Source: Myxococcota bacterium (lineage in GTDB: Bacteria > Myxococcota_A > UBA9160 > UBA4427). Taken from it: a stretch of 61,901 nucleotides of DNA. A program made the position numbers and the translations under genes. The notes under the pieces were generated by a model. The model made no database searches and had not been told where the DNA came from. It worked only from the letters and a program-made list of their open reading frames with translations. How positions within the stretch are numbered: position 1 is the stretch's first letter; every line of letters starts with the position of its first letter. The stretch lies in contig JAZAOF010000085.1 in NCBI GenBank assembly GCA_036228265.1, forward strand, positions 1 through 61,901. Direction: 5' to 3'. Shown here piece after piece: positions 9,067-20,394 of the stretch.

Positions 9067-10608
9067 CTAGCGGAGCAGCGAGCGACCGGACATCTCTGGC
9101 GGTTGCGGAAGGCCAAGCAATTCGAGCACGGTCGGGGCAAGGTCGGCGAGCCCCCCGTTGCTGAGGCCCGCTTGGGCGGCGGCATTCGTGGAGTCTCGGC
9201 GGATCCAGTAGAGCGGGACCGGGCCGGTGGTATGGGCCGTATGCGGTTCGCCGGTTGCGGGATCGACCATTAGTTCGCAGTTGCCGTGATCGGCGGTGAT
9301 CAACACCTGTCCATCGAGATCCAGGACCGCCCGGGTCATCGTTTCGAGGCAGCGGTCGATGGTTTCCACGGCCTTGACCGCGGCGTCGAGGATGCCGGTG
9401 TGCCCGACCATGTCGGGGTTGGCAAAATTGATCAAGACGAAGGCGTAATCCTCCGATTCGAGCTTGGCGATCAAGCGATCGACCAGGGGCTGGGCGCTCA
9501 TTTCGGGCTTGTGGTCGTAGGTGGGTACGTCCCGAGGAGAAGGGACCAGGACTCGCTCCTCTCCCGCGAAGGGTTCTTCGACGCCCGCGTTGAAGAAGAA
9601 GGTGACGTGGGCGTATTTCTCGGTCTCCGCCATGCGCAGTTGCGGAAGGCCCGCTTCGGAGAGTACGGCCCCGAGGACGTTCTCGGGCTCTTGGGGATCG
9701 AAAGCCTGGGGCAGCCCGAAATCCGGGTCGTATCGCGTCATGCAGAGAAAGCCGGACAGGCGCACCGTCCGTTCTCGAACGAGTTGGCCGGAGAAGCGCT
9801 CGGGCAGAGCGCTGGTCAGGGCGTTGGTCAACTGGCGTGCGCGGTCGGCTCGAAAGTTGAGAAAGAAGATTGCATCGCCGTCCTCGAGGGCTCGGCCCCC
9901 CGCGATGACACAGGGTTCGACGAATTCGTCGCCCTCGTCGCGCGCGTAGGCCGCTTCGACGGCGGCCAGCGCGTCGGGTTCCTCGCGACCCTGGCGTAGA
10001 ACGATGGCCTCGTACGCCCGTTGGATGCGGTCCCAGCGGTTGTCGCGGTCCATGGCCCAGTACCGACCGGTTACGGTGGCTACGTGGGAACCCGCGGCTT
10101 CGACCCGAGGCAACAGCGCGCGGACGAACTCGAGTCCCGAGCGAGGGGGCGTATCTCTTCCGTCGAGGAAGACATGGACCGCCGTTCGAATTCCGCGCTC
10201 CCCACAGGCTTCAAGTACCTTGTAGAGGTGTTCCTGGTGGCTGTGCACTCCGCCATCGGAGACCAGGCTCATCAGGTGGAGAACGCCTCCCGAGTTGGAG
10301 ACCGCTTCCAGCAGGCGTGAAATCTCGGGGTTGCTCGTCATGGCTCCCCCGCCGAGGGCCTCGGAAATTCGGACCATGTCCTGGACGATCACGCGCCCGG
10401 ATCCCATCGTCATGTGCCCGACCTCGGAATTCCCCATCTGCCCTTCCGGCAGGCCGACGGCGGAGCCCGAGGTTTCGATCTGTGCGCGTGGGAACTCGTC
10501 GTGTACCCGGTCGAGAAACGGCGTGTGAGCGACGGCGGTTGCGTCGACGGGGCTCCCGTCGCCAATCCCAAACCCGTCGAGGACACACAGAAGAACCGGC
10601 CCGCTCAC
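9067..10608 (-). CDS. gpmI: 2,3-bisphosphoglycerate-independent phosphoglycerate mutase
   Basis: LCVLDGFGIG, GNSEVGHMTMGSGR and ITADHGNCE motifs. I place the start at GTG 10608, which overlaps the rsfS stop (GTGA), not at the upstream ATG 10755. Confidence 0.92.
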   Translation of the reverse strand: MSGPVLLCVLDGFGIGDGSPVDATAVAHTPFLDRVHDEFPRAQIETSGSAVGLPEGQMGNSEVGHMTMGSGRVIVQDMVRISEALGGGAMTSNPEISRLLEAVSNSGGVLHLMSLVSDGGVHSHQEHLYKVLEACGERGIRTAVHVFLDGRDTPPRSGLEFVRALLPRVEAAGSHVATVTGRYWAMDRDNRWDRIQRAYEAIVLRQGREEPDALAAVEAAYARDEGDEFVEPCVIAGGRALEDGDAIFFLNFRADRARQLTNALTSALPERFSGQLVRERTVRLSGFLCMTRYDPDFGLPQAFDPQEPENVLGAVLSEAGLPQLRMAETEKYAHVTFFFNAGVEEPFAGEERVLVPSPRDVPTYDHKPEMSAQPLVDRLIAKLESEDYAFVLINFANPDMVGHTGILDAAVKAVETIDRCLETMTRAVLDLDGQVLITADHGNCELMVDPATGEPHTAHTTGPVPLYWIRRDSTNAAAQAGLSNGGLADLAPTVLELLGLPQPPEMSGRSLLR

Positions 10609-10967
10609 GGCGCGCTCCCAACGGGGTCCGGATGGACCGGGAGACCCAGTTCGAGGCGCGGCGCATCGCTCCACAGCCGCTCCAGGTCGTAGTGCGCGCG
10701 GATTTCCGGGATGAAGATATGGATGATGAGATCGGCGAAGTCCATCAGGATCCAACGACCGTCGGTATAGCCTTCGATACCGAGAGGGCGCTCTCCCTGG
10801 GCTCGGAGTCGTCGTTCGATGGCGTCGGAAATCGAGCGAACCTGGCGATCGGAGCCGCCCGTGAGCAGGATGAACGTGTCGGCAAAGGAGCTCACCTCGC
10901 TGACGTCGAGAACGACGAGCTCTTCCGCTTTTAGACCGAAAGCGGCCTCCGCCGCTTCCCGTGCCAT
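10605..10967 (-). CDS. rsfS: ribosome silencing factor RsfS
   Basis: 120 aa from ATG 10967. VLDVSEVSSFADTFILLTGGSDRQV...WILMDFADLIIHIF motifs. The upstream part of ORF 10605-11282 is not RsfS-like. Confidence 0.88.
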   Translation of the reverse strand: MAREAAEAAFGLKAEELVVLDVSEVSSFADTFILLTGGSDRQVRSISDAIERRLRAQGERPLGIEGYTDGRWILMDFADLIIHIFIPEIRAHYDLERLWSDAPRLELGLPVHPDPVGSAP

Positions 10968-10983
10968 CGCTAGGCGATCGAGT

Positions 10984-11736
10984 TCAGTCAAGATCGCCGC
11001 TCCTGCTTCCACGTTGAATCGGCCGGGAAAGGTCGGGTGGACCGTGGCTCTCATAGTGACGGCTTTCAAGTACAGCGCAACCGATTCCCTCGGGAAGCAG
11101 TTCATCGACAGCTTCGCCGCGCGCGATTCGATTTCGGATCGACGAAGAGGAGATGTCGAGAGCGGGAATTTCGACGCGGTAGATCGAGGTTCCGGCCAAT
11201 CGGTGCCGAGCGCTTTGGCCATCCTCGGAGAGCGTGAACGCCGCACGTACGGGGCTGGGAATCCAATCGACGAGCGTCGCATCCGGAAAAGGTGGCCGCG
11301 TCATGACCGCAAAGTCGGCAAGTTCGAAAAGAGCCTCGGGTTCTCGCCAGGTGCCGATGAGCGCGAACGCGTCGCTGCCGATCACGAATACGGGGGGCCG
11401 GGTGCCGCCCCGTTCTCGGAAGGACCGGACCGTGTCGACGGAGAAGGACGGCCCCCTGCGTTCGATCTCCATCGCGTCGACCTCGAAACCGGGACGTCCG
11501 TCCACAGCCAGGCGAAGCCAGGCGAGTCGGTCGCGTGCGGGCGCGATGGGTTCGCCGGTGGCCCCGGATTTATGGGGCGGGCGCGCGCTCGGGATGAAGA
11601 CCAGGCGATCCAGGGCCAGGGCTCGGCGCATTTCTTCGGCTGCGTGGAGGTGTCCCCGGTGGACGGGGTCAAAGGTTCCCCCGAAAAGGCCGACGCCGCC
11701 CGCAGCGCGAGATCCGGTTGCCGCGGAGGCGCTCAT
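10984..11736 (-). CDS. nadD: nicotinate-nucleotide adenylyltransferase
   Basis: GLFGGTFDPVHRGHL and ISSSSIRNRI motifs. ATG 11736 overlaps the proA stop (ATGA). Confidence 0.9.
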   Translation of the reverse strand: MSASAATGSRAAGGVGLFGGTFDPVHRGHLHAAEEMRRALALDRLVFIPSARPPHKSGATGEPIAPARDRLAWLRLAVDGRPGFEVDAMEIERRGPSFSVDTVRSFRERGGTRPPVFVIGSDAFALIGTWREPEALFELADFAVMTRPPFPDATLVDWIPSPVRAAFTLSEDGQSARHRLAGTSIYRVEIPALDISSSSIRNRIARGEAVDELLPEGIGCAVLESRHYESHGPPDLSRPIQRGSRSGDLD

Positions 11737-12998
11737 TCGCGGAGTTGACCGTCCCCGTAGAGAATGAACTTCCGGGAGGTCAGGCCTTCGAGCCCCATCG
11801 GGCCGTAGGCGTGGAGTTTCGAGGTAGAGATGCCAATTTCTGCGCCCAACCCGAGTCGGAACCCGTCCGCAAAAGCGGTCGAGCAGTTCACACCCACGGT
11901 GGATGAATTGACGCGCCGGAGCCACTCCTCGGCGTTGCTTTTGTCGCCCGTCACGATGATCTCGGTGTGGTCCGAACCCCAGGCCCGGATGTGGTCGACC
12001 GCTTCGTCCATCCCATCGACGACCTTGACCGCGAGGATGGGCGCCAGGTATTCCGCCCCCCAATCTTCCTCTCCCGCGGCGTTGGCGTGCGCAAACGCTT
12101 CGTAGGTTTCGGGGCAGCCCCGAATCTCGATGCCTTCCCTGTGAAGGGCCTCGAGGACGCTGGGGAGAATGGTTCCCGCGGCTTCGCGGTGGCAGAGAAG
12201 GGTTTCGAGACCGTTGCACACGGCCATCTGGCGCACCTTCGAATCGATGGCGATTCGCGCGGCCATCTCGGGGTTTGCGCTGGCGTCGAGGTAAACGTGG
12301 CATACCCCGGCGTCATGCTTGATCACCGGGATCCTGGAGATCTCTGCGACCTTTTGGATCAGTCCCGGACCCCCGCGCGGGATGACCAGGTCGATGTCGC
12401 GGTACGCGCTCAGCAGCACGTCAATGGCTGCGCGGTCCGTGGTGGGAACCACGGCGACGGCGTCCTCGGGGATTCCGACGTCTCGTGCGGCGCCGCGCAA
12501 CTCTTCGCCCAGTTCGCGATTCGTGCGAATGGCCTCGGAGCCCCCGCGCAGGATGACCGCGTTCCCGGCCTTGACGCAAAGGGCAGCGGCATCAATCGTG
12601 ACATTGGGTCGGGATTCGTAGATGATCGCGATGACACCCAGCGGGATTCGCATTCTTCCGACGCGAAGGCCATTGGGGAGCTCGCGCATGTCCTCGACCT
12701 GGGCCACGGGATCTTCTAGCGCGGACACATCCTTGAGTCCCTGGATCATGCTCGACCAGCGGTCCGGGGAGAGAGCCAGGCGGTTGACGAGCGGTTCCGG
12801 GACGTTCTTGGCGGCGGCTTCTTCCAGGTCGAGAGCATTGGCGGCGAGGATACGCTCGCGGGAGTCCTCGAGTCGCTCGGCCAGGTGGAGGAGCCACGCA
12901 TCCTTTGCGTCGGTGTCGATTTCGCTCAGCCGCTGGGAAGCCTTGCGCGCGCGCGCGGCCAGGTCGAGGATGTCACGTTCAAGATCGGGGGAGGGCAT
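11733..12998 (-). CDS. proA: glutamate-5-semialdehyde dehydrogenase (gamma-glutamyl phosphate reductase)
   Basis: 421 aa. IYESRPNVTIDAAALCVKAGNAVILRGG and VCNGLETLL motifs. Confidence 0.95.
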   Translation of the reverse strand: MPSPDLERDILDLAARARKASQRLSEIDTDAKDAWLLHLAERLEDSRERILAANALDLEEAAAKNVPEPLVNRLALSPDRWSSMIQGLKDVSALEDPVAQVEDMRELPNGLRVGRMRIPLGVIAIIYESRPNVTIDAAALCVKAGNAVILRGGSEAIRTNRELGEELRGAARDVGIPEDAVAVVPTTDRAAIDVLLSAYRDIDLVIPRGGPGLIQKVAEISRIPVIKHDAGVCHVYLDASANPEMAARIAIDSKVRQMAVCNGLETLLCHREAAGTILPSVLEALHREGIEIRGCPETYEAFAHANAAGEEDWGAEYLAPILAVKVVDGMDEAVDHIRAWGSDHTEIIVTGDKSNAEEWLRRVNSSTVGVNCSTAFADGFRLGLGAEIGISTSKLHAYGPMGLEGLTSRKFILYGDGQLRE

Positions 12999-13001
12999 CG
13001 C

Positions 13002-15513
<2,512 letters not shown>

Positions 15514-15515
15514 CG

Positions 15516-15827
15516 TCAGTCCTCGATCTTGTCGACGCGCACTTCGGTGAACGCCTGACGGTGGCCGTAACTGCGCCGATAGCCGGTGCGGCGCTTGAGT
15601 TTGAAGGTGTGGACCTTGGGTCCCTTGCCCTGGTCGAGAATCGTTCCGCGAACGACTGCTCCATCGACGAGAGGTTTACCGATTCGGGTCTCGGACTCGC
15701 CGCCTACCATCAGGACTTCCGGAAATTCCACGGTGTCCCCGACGTTGCCGTCGAGTTTTTCCACCCGGACCGCCTGGCCCGGTTCTACCCGCACCTGCTT
15801 TCCGCCTGTTCGCACCACCGCGTACAT
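15516..15827 (-). CDS. rplU: 50S ribosomal protein L21
   Basis: [14 protein letters not shown]... ATG 15827 overlaps the rne stop (TGATG). GTG 15830 is an alternative start. Confidence 0.95.
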   Translation of the reverse strand: MYAVVRTGGKQVRVEPGQAVRVEKLDGNVGDTVEFPEVLMVGGESETRIGKPLVDGAVVRGTILDQGKGPKVHTFKLKRRTGYRRSYGHRQAFTEVRVDKIED

Positions 15828-17824
15828 CACATGCCCTCTCGGCTCGAGAAGGGCCGCAGTATCGGCGATTCTTCTGCTTCGTCAAGCGTTTCGGCCTCTG
15901 CGGCCGGTTCCGGGTCCGCACTTTCTCCCCCAGGGGACGAGGGTTCCAATGCGGCGCGTGACTCGGCCTCCAGTTCGGCCTCGATCTCGGCGGCGAGGTC
16001 GCTGGCGCTCTCGAACGCCATCGGCTCCTCCTGGACCGGAGGCTCGTCCTCGGTCTCGACCTCGCTTGGGGGGCTGGTGCGGGAATCGACCGGGGGCCCG
16101 TCGCTCTCGCTGGCGGCTAGGGGTTCCGCTTCGATCTCCGGCGGAAGTTCGTCGGTGTTGCCGGCGGTCGTTTCCATCTCCACGTCGCCCGTGGCTTCGG
16201 GTTCGGCGGCCTCTTTTGCGGCGTCGGCGAGGGCCTCGTCCGGGTCTGCGACGACCACGACGGGGGTCTCCTCGGGTGACGGAGCGTCTCCGAGCCAGCG
16301 AAGGGGGATCGACACGGGTTCCCCCTGGTCGAGGGCGGTGACTTCGAACTGTTCCTGGTGAAGCCCCGGCCGGGCTCGAACCTCGATTTCTCGGCCGAGT
16401 TCGTTGCCGAGTTCCGCGAGAACGTTGTGTTCTGAAGACAGCAGGGCCTCGGCCACCTGGGGGCTCACGGCAATGGCGATCTCTCGCCCCCCGAAGCGCG
16501 GAAGATCCTTGCGCACTTCTCGCAGAATGTTGAATGCGACGGTTTCGCTCGAGAGAACGTAGCCGCGGCCCTCGCAGTACGAGCAGGGCTCGCAGAGCGC
16601 CTGCACGAGGTTCTCGCGAGTTCGCTTGCGCGTCATCTCGACGAGTCCGAGTTCCGAAATCTTCAGGATATTGGTTCGTGCCTTGTCGTGGCGCAGGGCG
16701 TCTTGGAGGGCCCGGTATACCTTTTCTCGGTTCGCCCTGGACTCCATGTCGATGAGGTCCATGATCACGATGCCACCGATGTTGCGGAAACGCAGTTGGT
16801 GAACGATTTCCTTGACGGCTTCGAGATTTGTCTTGAGAACGGTTTCCTCGAGGTTTCGTTTTCCGACGTAGCGCCCGGTATTGACGTCGATGGAGGTGAG
16901 CGCCTCGCTCTGGTCGATGATCAGCGAGCCGCCGGACTTCAGGTAGACGCGCCGCTCGAGGTTGGCCTGGATCTGGCTCTCGAGGCCGTAGTAGTCAAAG
17001 ATCGGAGTGCGGCCCGTGTAGTGTTCAAGACGCGGCTTTGGGTCGGCGACGAATTGGTTCACGAAGTCGCGCATCGTCCGGTAGGTCTCCTCGGAGTCGA
17101 TGGCGATTCGTTTCGTATCGGGGCCGGTGAAGTCGCGAATCATCCGCAGGGGAAGCGGCGGTTCGGCGTAGAGAACCTTGGGCGCCCGGGCGTTCGCGGA
17201 GGCCTTCTGAACCCGCTTCCAGACCGTGGTCAGGTATCGAACGTCCGCCTCGATATCCGCGTCCCGGACCCCGCCACCCGCCGTCCGGATGATGAACCCC
17301 AGGTTCTTCGGACGAATCTGGTCGACGATTTCGCGCAGGCGTTTTCGTTCGCGATCCGATCCAATCTTTCTCGATACCCCCACGCGGGTCGACCAGGGTG
17401 TAAGAACGAGATGGCGACCGGGGATCGAGATCTGTGAAGTAATTCGTGCTCCCTTGGTCCCGATGGGTTCTTTCGCGATCTGGACGACGATTTCCTGCCC
17501 CTCTCGCAGCATCGTGTCGATCGCGAGGTTCGACCGCCCATTCCCGCGTCGCCGGCGGGAGTTTCGGGCTTCATCGCTGTCGAGTTTTCGACCTGTATCG
17601 ATGTAGTCACCGGCGTAGAGGAAGGCGGCTTTTTCGAGGCCGATATCCACGAACGCGGCCTGCATTCCGGGAAGGACCCGGGTGACGCGGCCCATGACCA
17701 CGCTGCCCATCACGCTCTCATCGGTGTAGCGCTCGATGTGCAGCTCGTTGAACGTCGAGCCCTCCAGGATGGCGACCCGGGTCTCGGCTTTTTCCGAGTT
17801 CACGATAATTTCGTTTTGCATCAA
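15827..17824 (-). CDS. rne: ribonuclease E/G family endoribonuclease with a ~170-aa acidic C-terminal tail
   Basis: S1 domain (GRVTRVLPGMQAAFVDIGLEKAAFL). Catalytic core (IDQSEALTSIDVNTG, GGIVIMDLIDM) and a CPxCxGxG-type zinc link (CEPCSYCEGRG). Glu/Asp/Pro-rich C-terminus. Confidence 0.9.
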   Translation of the reverse strand: MMQNEIIVNSEKAETRVAILEGSTFNELHIERYTDESVMGSVVMGRVTRVLPGMQAAFVDIGLEKAAFLYAGDYIDTGRKLDSDEARNSRRRRGNGRSNLAIDTMLREGQEIVVQIAKEPIGTKGARITSQISIPGRHLVLTPWSTRVGVSRKIGSDRERKRLREIVDQIRPKNLGFIIRTAGGGVRDADIEADVRYLTTVWKRVQKASANARAPKVLYAEPPLPLRMIRDFTGPDTKRIAIDSEETYRTMRDFVNQFVADPKPRLEHYTGRTPIFDYYGLESQIQANLERRVYLKSGGSLIIDQSEALTSIDVNTGRYVGKRNLEETVLKTNLEAVKEIVHQLRFRNIGGIVIMDLIDMESRANREKVYRALQDALRHDKARTNILKISELGLVEMTRKRTRENLVQALCEPCSYCEGRGYVLSSETVAFNILREVRKDLPRFGGREIAIAVSPQVAEALLSSEHNVLAELGNELGREIEVRARPGLHQEQFEVTALDQGEPVSIPLRWLGDAPSPEETPVVVVADPDEALADAAKEAAEPEATGDVEMETTAGNTDELPPEIEAEPLAASESDGPPVDSRTSPPSEVETEDEPPVQEEPMAFESASDLAAEIEAELEAESRAALEPSSPGGESADPEPAAEAETLDEAEESPILRPFSSREGM

Positions 17825-18338
17825 TCTTTCCGGTGCAGGGGAAAGCGCGAACCGACGGTACCGGCGCGAAGCCGGACCGAGATTCGGGTTCCAGGCCCTA
17901 TTGGTGGGCGTTCCTCTGCGGCTCTGGCGAGCTCAGCGTTTCCGAAAGATCGAAGTGTCGTAGCGGTGCCCGGTGGCAGCGCTGGCGGGATGGGGCGGGA
18001 CCGAGACCCGGTTCACGGGCCTCGGTTGGACGAAGACGTTCTCCAATTGACAGAAATCGAAAATGGTTCGATGGACTCGCACGGTTTCCAAGCACACGGT
18101 CCGGCCGGATGTATATCCCTTAGAGCCCCTCGACGCGGCAACCCGCCGCCGTCCAACTCTTTAGGTTCCCCCGTGGGAATCAGGACTATGATCGTCGCGG
18201 TTCAAGCGCGCCGAGCAATCGGTACCCTCTGCCACATCGATGCCGCAATCGTGCGGCCCGTTGTGCTCGATGGTTCGTCTCCTGGGTCCCCGGTTCGCGA
18301 CCCGGCCGGGCCGCCAAATATGACTAGAAGGGAACGTC
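17825..18338 (-). promoter_or_regulatory. long divergent intergenic region: probable rne 5' leader plus rne and selA promoters
   Basis: 514 bp without a credible ORF between divergent rne and selA. Contains GC hairpins (for example 18001-18025). By analogy, E. coli rne has a long autoregulatory 5' UTR. Confidence 0.3.
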
Positions 18339-19757
18339 ATGGATTCGAGACCTCCCGTCAACCCGGACCCGCGCAGAAGCCTTCCTTCGGTGGATCGCCT
18401 GATCCGGCGCATGGCTGCAGAACACCCGGATTTGCCGCCCTGGGCGGTCAAGCAGGGGGCCCGCGAGGTTCTGGGCCGGGTCCGCGCCGGGGGGGTTGCT
18501 GCCGTCGAGTCGGTTTCCCCGGGGGGTAATCATGATGTTCTTTCCGAGACCGCCGTGATGGAGGCGTGCGCAAAGGAAGCCGCCCGCCTGGCGCGACATC
18601 ACCCCACGCCCGTGGTCAATGCCACCGGGGTCGTGCTGCACACCAACCTGGGCCGGGCGCCGCTCGCTCCCGGGGCCGCCCGCGCGGCGTCGGAGGTGGC
18701 GGCCCACTACTCCGACCTCGAACTCGAACTGGCTTCCGGGCGGCGGGGCAACCGCCTCGATGCCCTGGCCGAAAAGCTACGACTGCTCTCCGGCGCGCCG
18801 GGGGCGTATGCCTGCAACAACAACGCCGCGGCGCTGCTTCTCGTTCTCGACACCCTCGCCCGGGGGCGCGAAGTGATCGTCTCGCGGGGGGAACTCGTCG
18901 AGATCGGGGGGTCTTTTCGGGTTCCGGAAATCGTCCAGCGCGCGGGTGTGCGCCTGGTCGAAGTCGGGACGACAAACCGTACACACCCCGCGGACTACGA
19001 GAATGCAATCGGGACCGAAACCGCACTGCTGCTCAAGGTGCACCGAAGCAATTTCGAACAGACGGGCTTCGTCTCCGAGGTCGACCTGGCGACCCTGGGA
19101 GAAATCGGAAAGCGCCGCGGTCTCCCTGTCGTCGAAGATCTCGGGAGTGCGACGCTGGTGGATCTCACGTCCCGGGGTCTTCCCGTGGAGTCCTACGCCC
19201 CGCTTCGATTGAGTCGTGGCGCGGATCTCGTTTGCTTTTCAGGAGACAAACTTCTCGGAGGTCCGCAAGCGGGAATTCTTCTCGGCGACGCCGAAGTCGT
19301 CGATCGCGCTCGTCGAAACCCGCTGGCCCGAGCACTTCGGCTCGACAAGATGGGAGTGGCGGCCCTCGACTGGACGCTCGAAACGATGCTGGGAGGTACG
19401 GCCGAGCAGGAGATCCCTGTATTGCGGCGCCTCCTCGAGTCGGCCGAGTCTCTCGAGCGTCGTGCCCACGGGTTTGCGGCCCGACTTCGCGCGAGCCTGG
19501 ACGCGGGGATCGAAGTGTCGGTTGCAAAGGATCGCGCCGAGGTGGGCGGAGGGTCTTTGCCGGGGTTCCGACTCGAGACCTGGGTGGTCGAACTTTCCGG
19601 GGAGTTGCGACCGGAGCGCGCTGCGGCGGCTCTGCGCGGCGCCGATGTGCCGATCCTCGCGCGCATACGCGACGGTGTGCTGGTCTTGGATTTGCGGACA
19701 CTCGAAGCCGACGATTGCGACCTCGTGGAAGAAGCTGCCCGTCATTGTCTTCGTTGA
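18339..19757 (+). CDS. selA: L-seryl-tRNA(Sec) selenium transferase
   Basis: 472 aa. VVNATGVVLHTNLGRAPL and FSGDKLLGGPQAG (PLP lysine) motifs. Confidence 0.92.
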   Translation: MDSRPPVNPDPRRSLPSVDRLIRRMAAEHPDLPPWAVKQGAREVLGRVRAGGVAAVESVSPGGNHDVLSETAVMEACAKEAARLARHHPTPVVNATGVVLHTNLGRAPLAPGAARAASEVAAHYSDLELELASGRRGNRLDALAEKLRLLSGAPGAYACNNNAAALLLVLDTLARGREVIVSRGELVEIGGSFRVPEIVQRAGVRLVEVGTTNRTHPADYENAIGTETALLLKVHRSNFEQTGFVSEVDLATLGEIGKRRGLPVVEDLGSATLVDLTSRGLPVESYAPLRLSRGADLVCFSGDKLLGGPQAGILLGDAEVVDRARRNPLARALRLDKMGVAALDWTLETMLGGTAEQEIPVLRRLLESAESLERRAHGFAARLRASLDAGIEVSVAKDRAEVGGGSLPGFRLETWVVELSGELRPERAAAALRGADVPILARIRDGVLVLDLRTLEADDCDLVEEAARHCLR

Positions 19758-19797
19758 TCCGGGATTGCCGTTCATCTAGAATTGCATCGGTTGGCCT

Positions 19798-20394
19798 ATG
19801 CTGAATTCGAGTGTCCTGGTCCTCAATCGCTCCTTTTTGCCGATCCACATCACATCGGTACGCCGGGCTTTCTCTCTCCTTTACGGAGGGGGGGCTCGAG
19901 CCGTCGACCAGAGCTACCAGACCTTCGATTTCGAGTCCTGGATGGGGGAAGGACATTCGGCCACGTCCGAGCGGCTCGGTTCCACCGCGGGTCCCGTCCC
20001 GATTCCGCGGGTCATCTTGCTGACGCGCTTCGACGGGGTGCCACGTCGCCGCATCCGGTTTAGCCGGGCCAATGTTTTTGCTCGGGATCGCTTCACCTGC
20101 CAATACTGTGCAGTCCAGCGTCCCCGGTGGGATCTCAATCTCGACCACGTGGTGCCGCGAGCCCAGGGAGGGCGAACAACGTGGGAGAACGTCGTTTGTT
20201 CTTGCATCGCGTGCAATCGCCGCAAGGGCGGGCGCACTCCGGACCAGGCGGGCCTTCGCCTGCAGCGCAAGCCCTCTCGACCGAGGTGGAGCCCCGTTTT
20301 GAGCGTGACGCCGGCGAAGCTTCGCTATCATGAGTGGCGAGCTTTTTTGATTCCCAGCGACCGCAGCGGGACTTCTCTCGACGTTGCGGTCTGA
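19798..20394 (+). CDS. HNH endonuclease (McrA-like, stand-alone)
   Basis: CQYC...DHVVPRAQGGRTTWENVVCSCIACNRRKG is a canonical HNH/zinc-finger core. Confidence 0.85.
   Translation: MLNSSVLVLNRSFLPIHITSVRRAFSLLYGGGARAVDQSYQTFDFESWMGEGHSATSERLGSTAGPVPIPRVILLTRFDGVPRRRIRFSRANVFARDRFTCQYCAVQRPRWDLNLDHVVPRAQGGRTTWENVVCSCIACNRRKGGRTPDQAGLRLQRKPSRPRWSPVLSVTPAKLRYHEWRAFLIPSDRSGTSLDVAV

Noticed and set aside
18190-18320. Possible tRNA-Sec (selC) next to selA: a TTCGCGA T-loop-like element and a 3' ...GCCGCCA.
   Set aside because: I cannot build an 8/5 or 9/4 Sec cloverleaf. The T stem is only 4 bp with an 8-nt loop. No UCA anticodon arm lies at the right distance. The pairing GCGGCCCG/CGGGCCGC encloses only ~47 nt.
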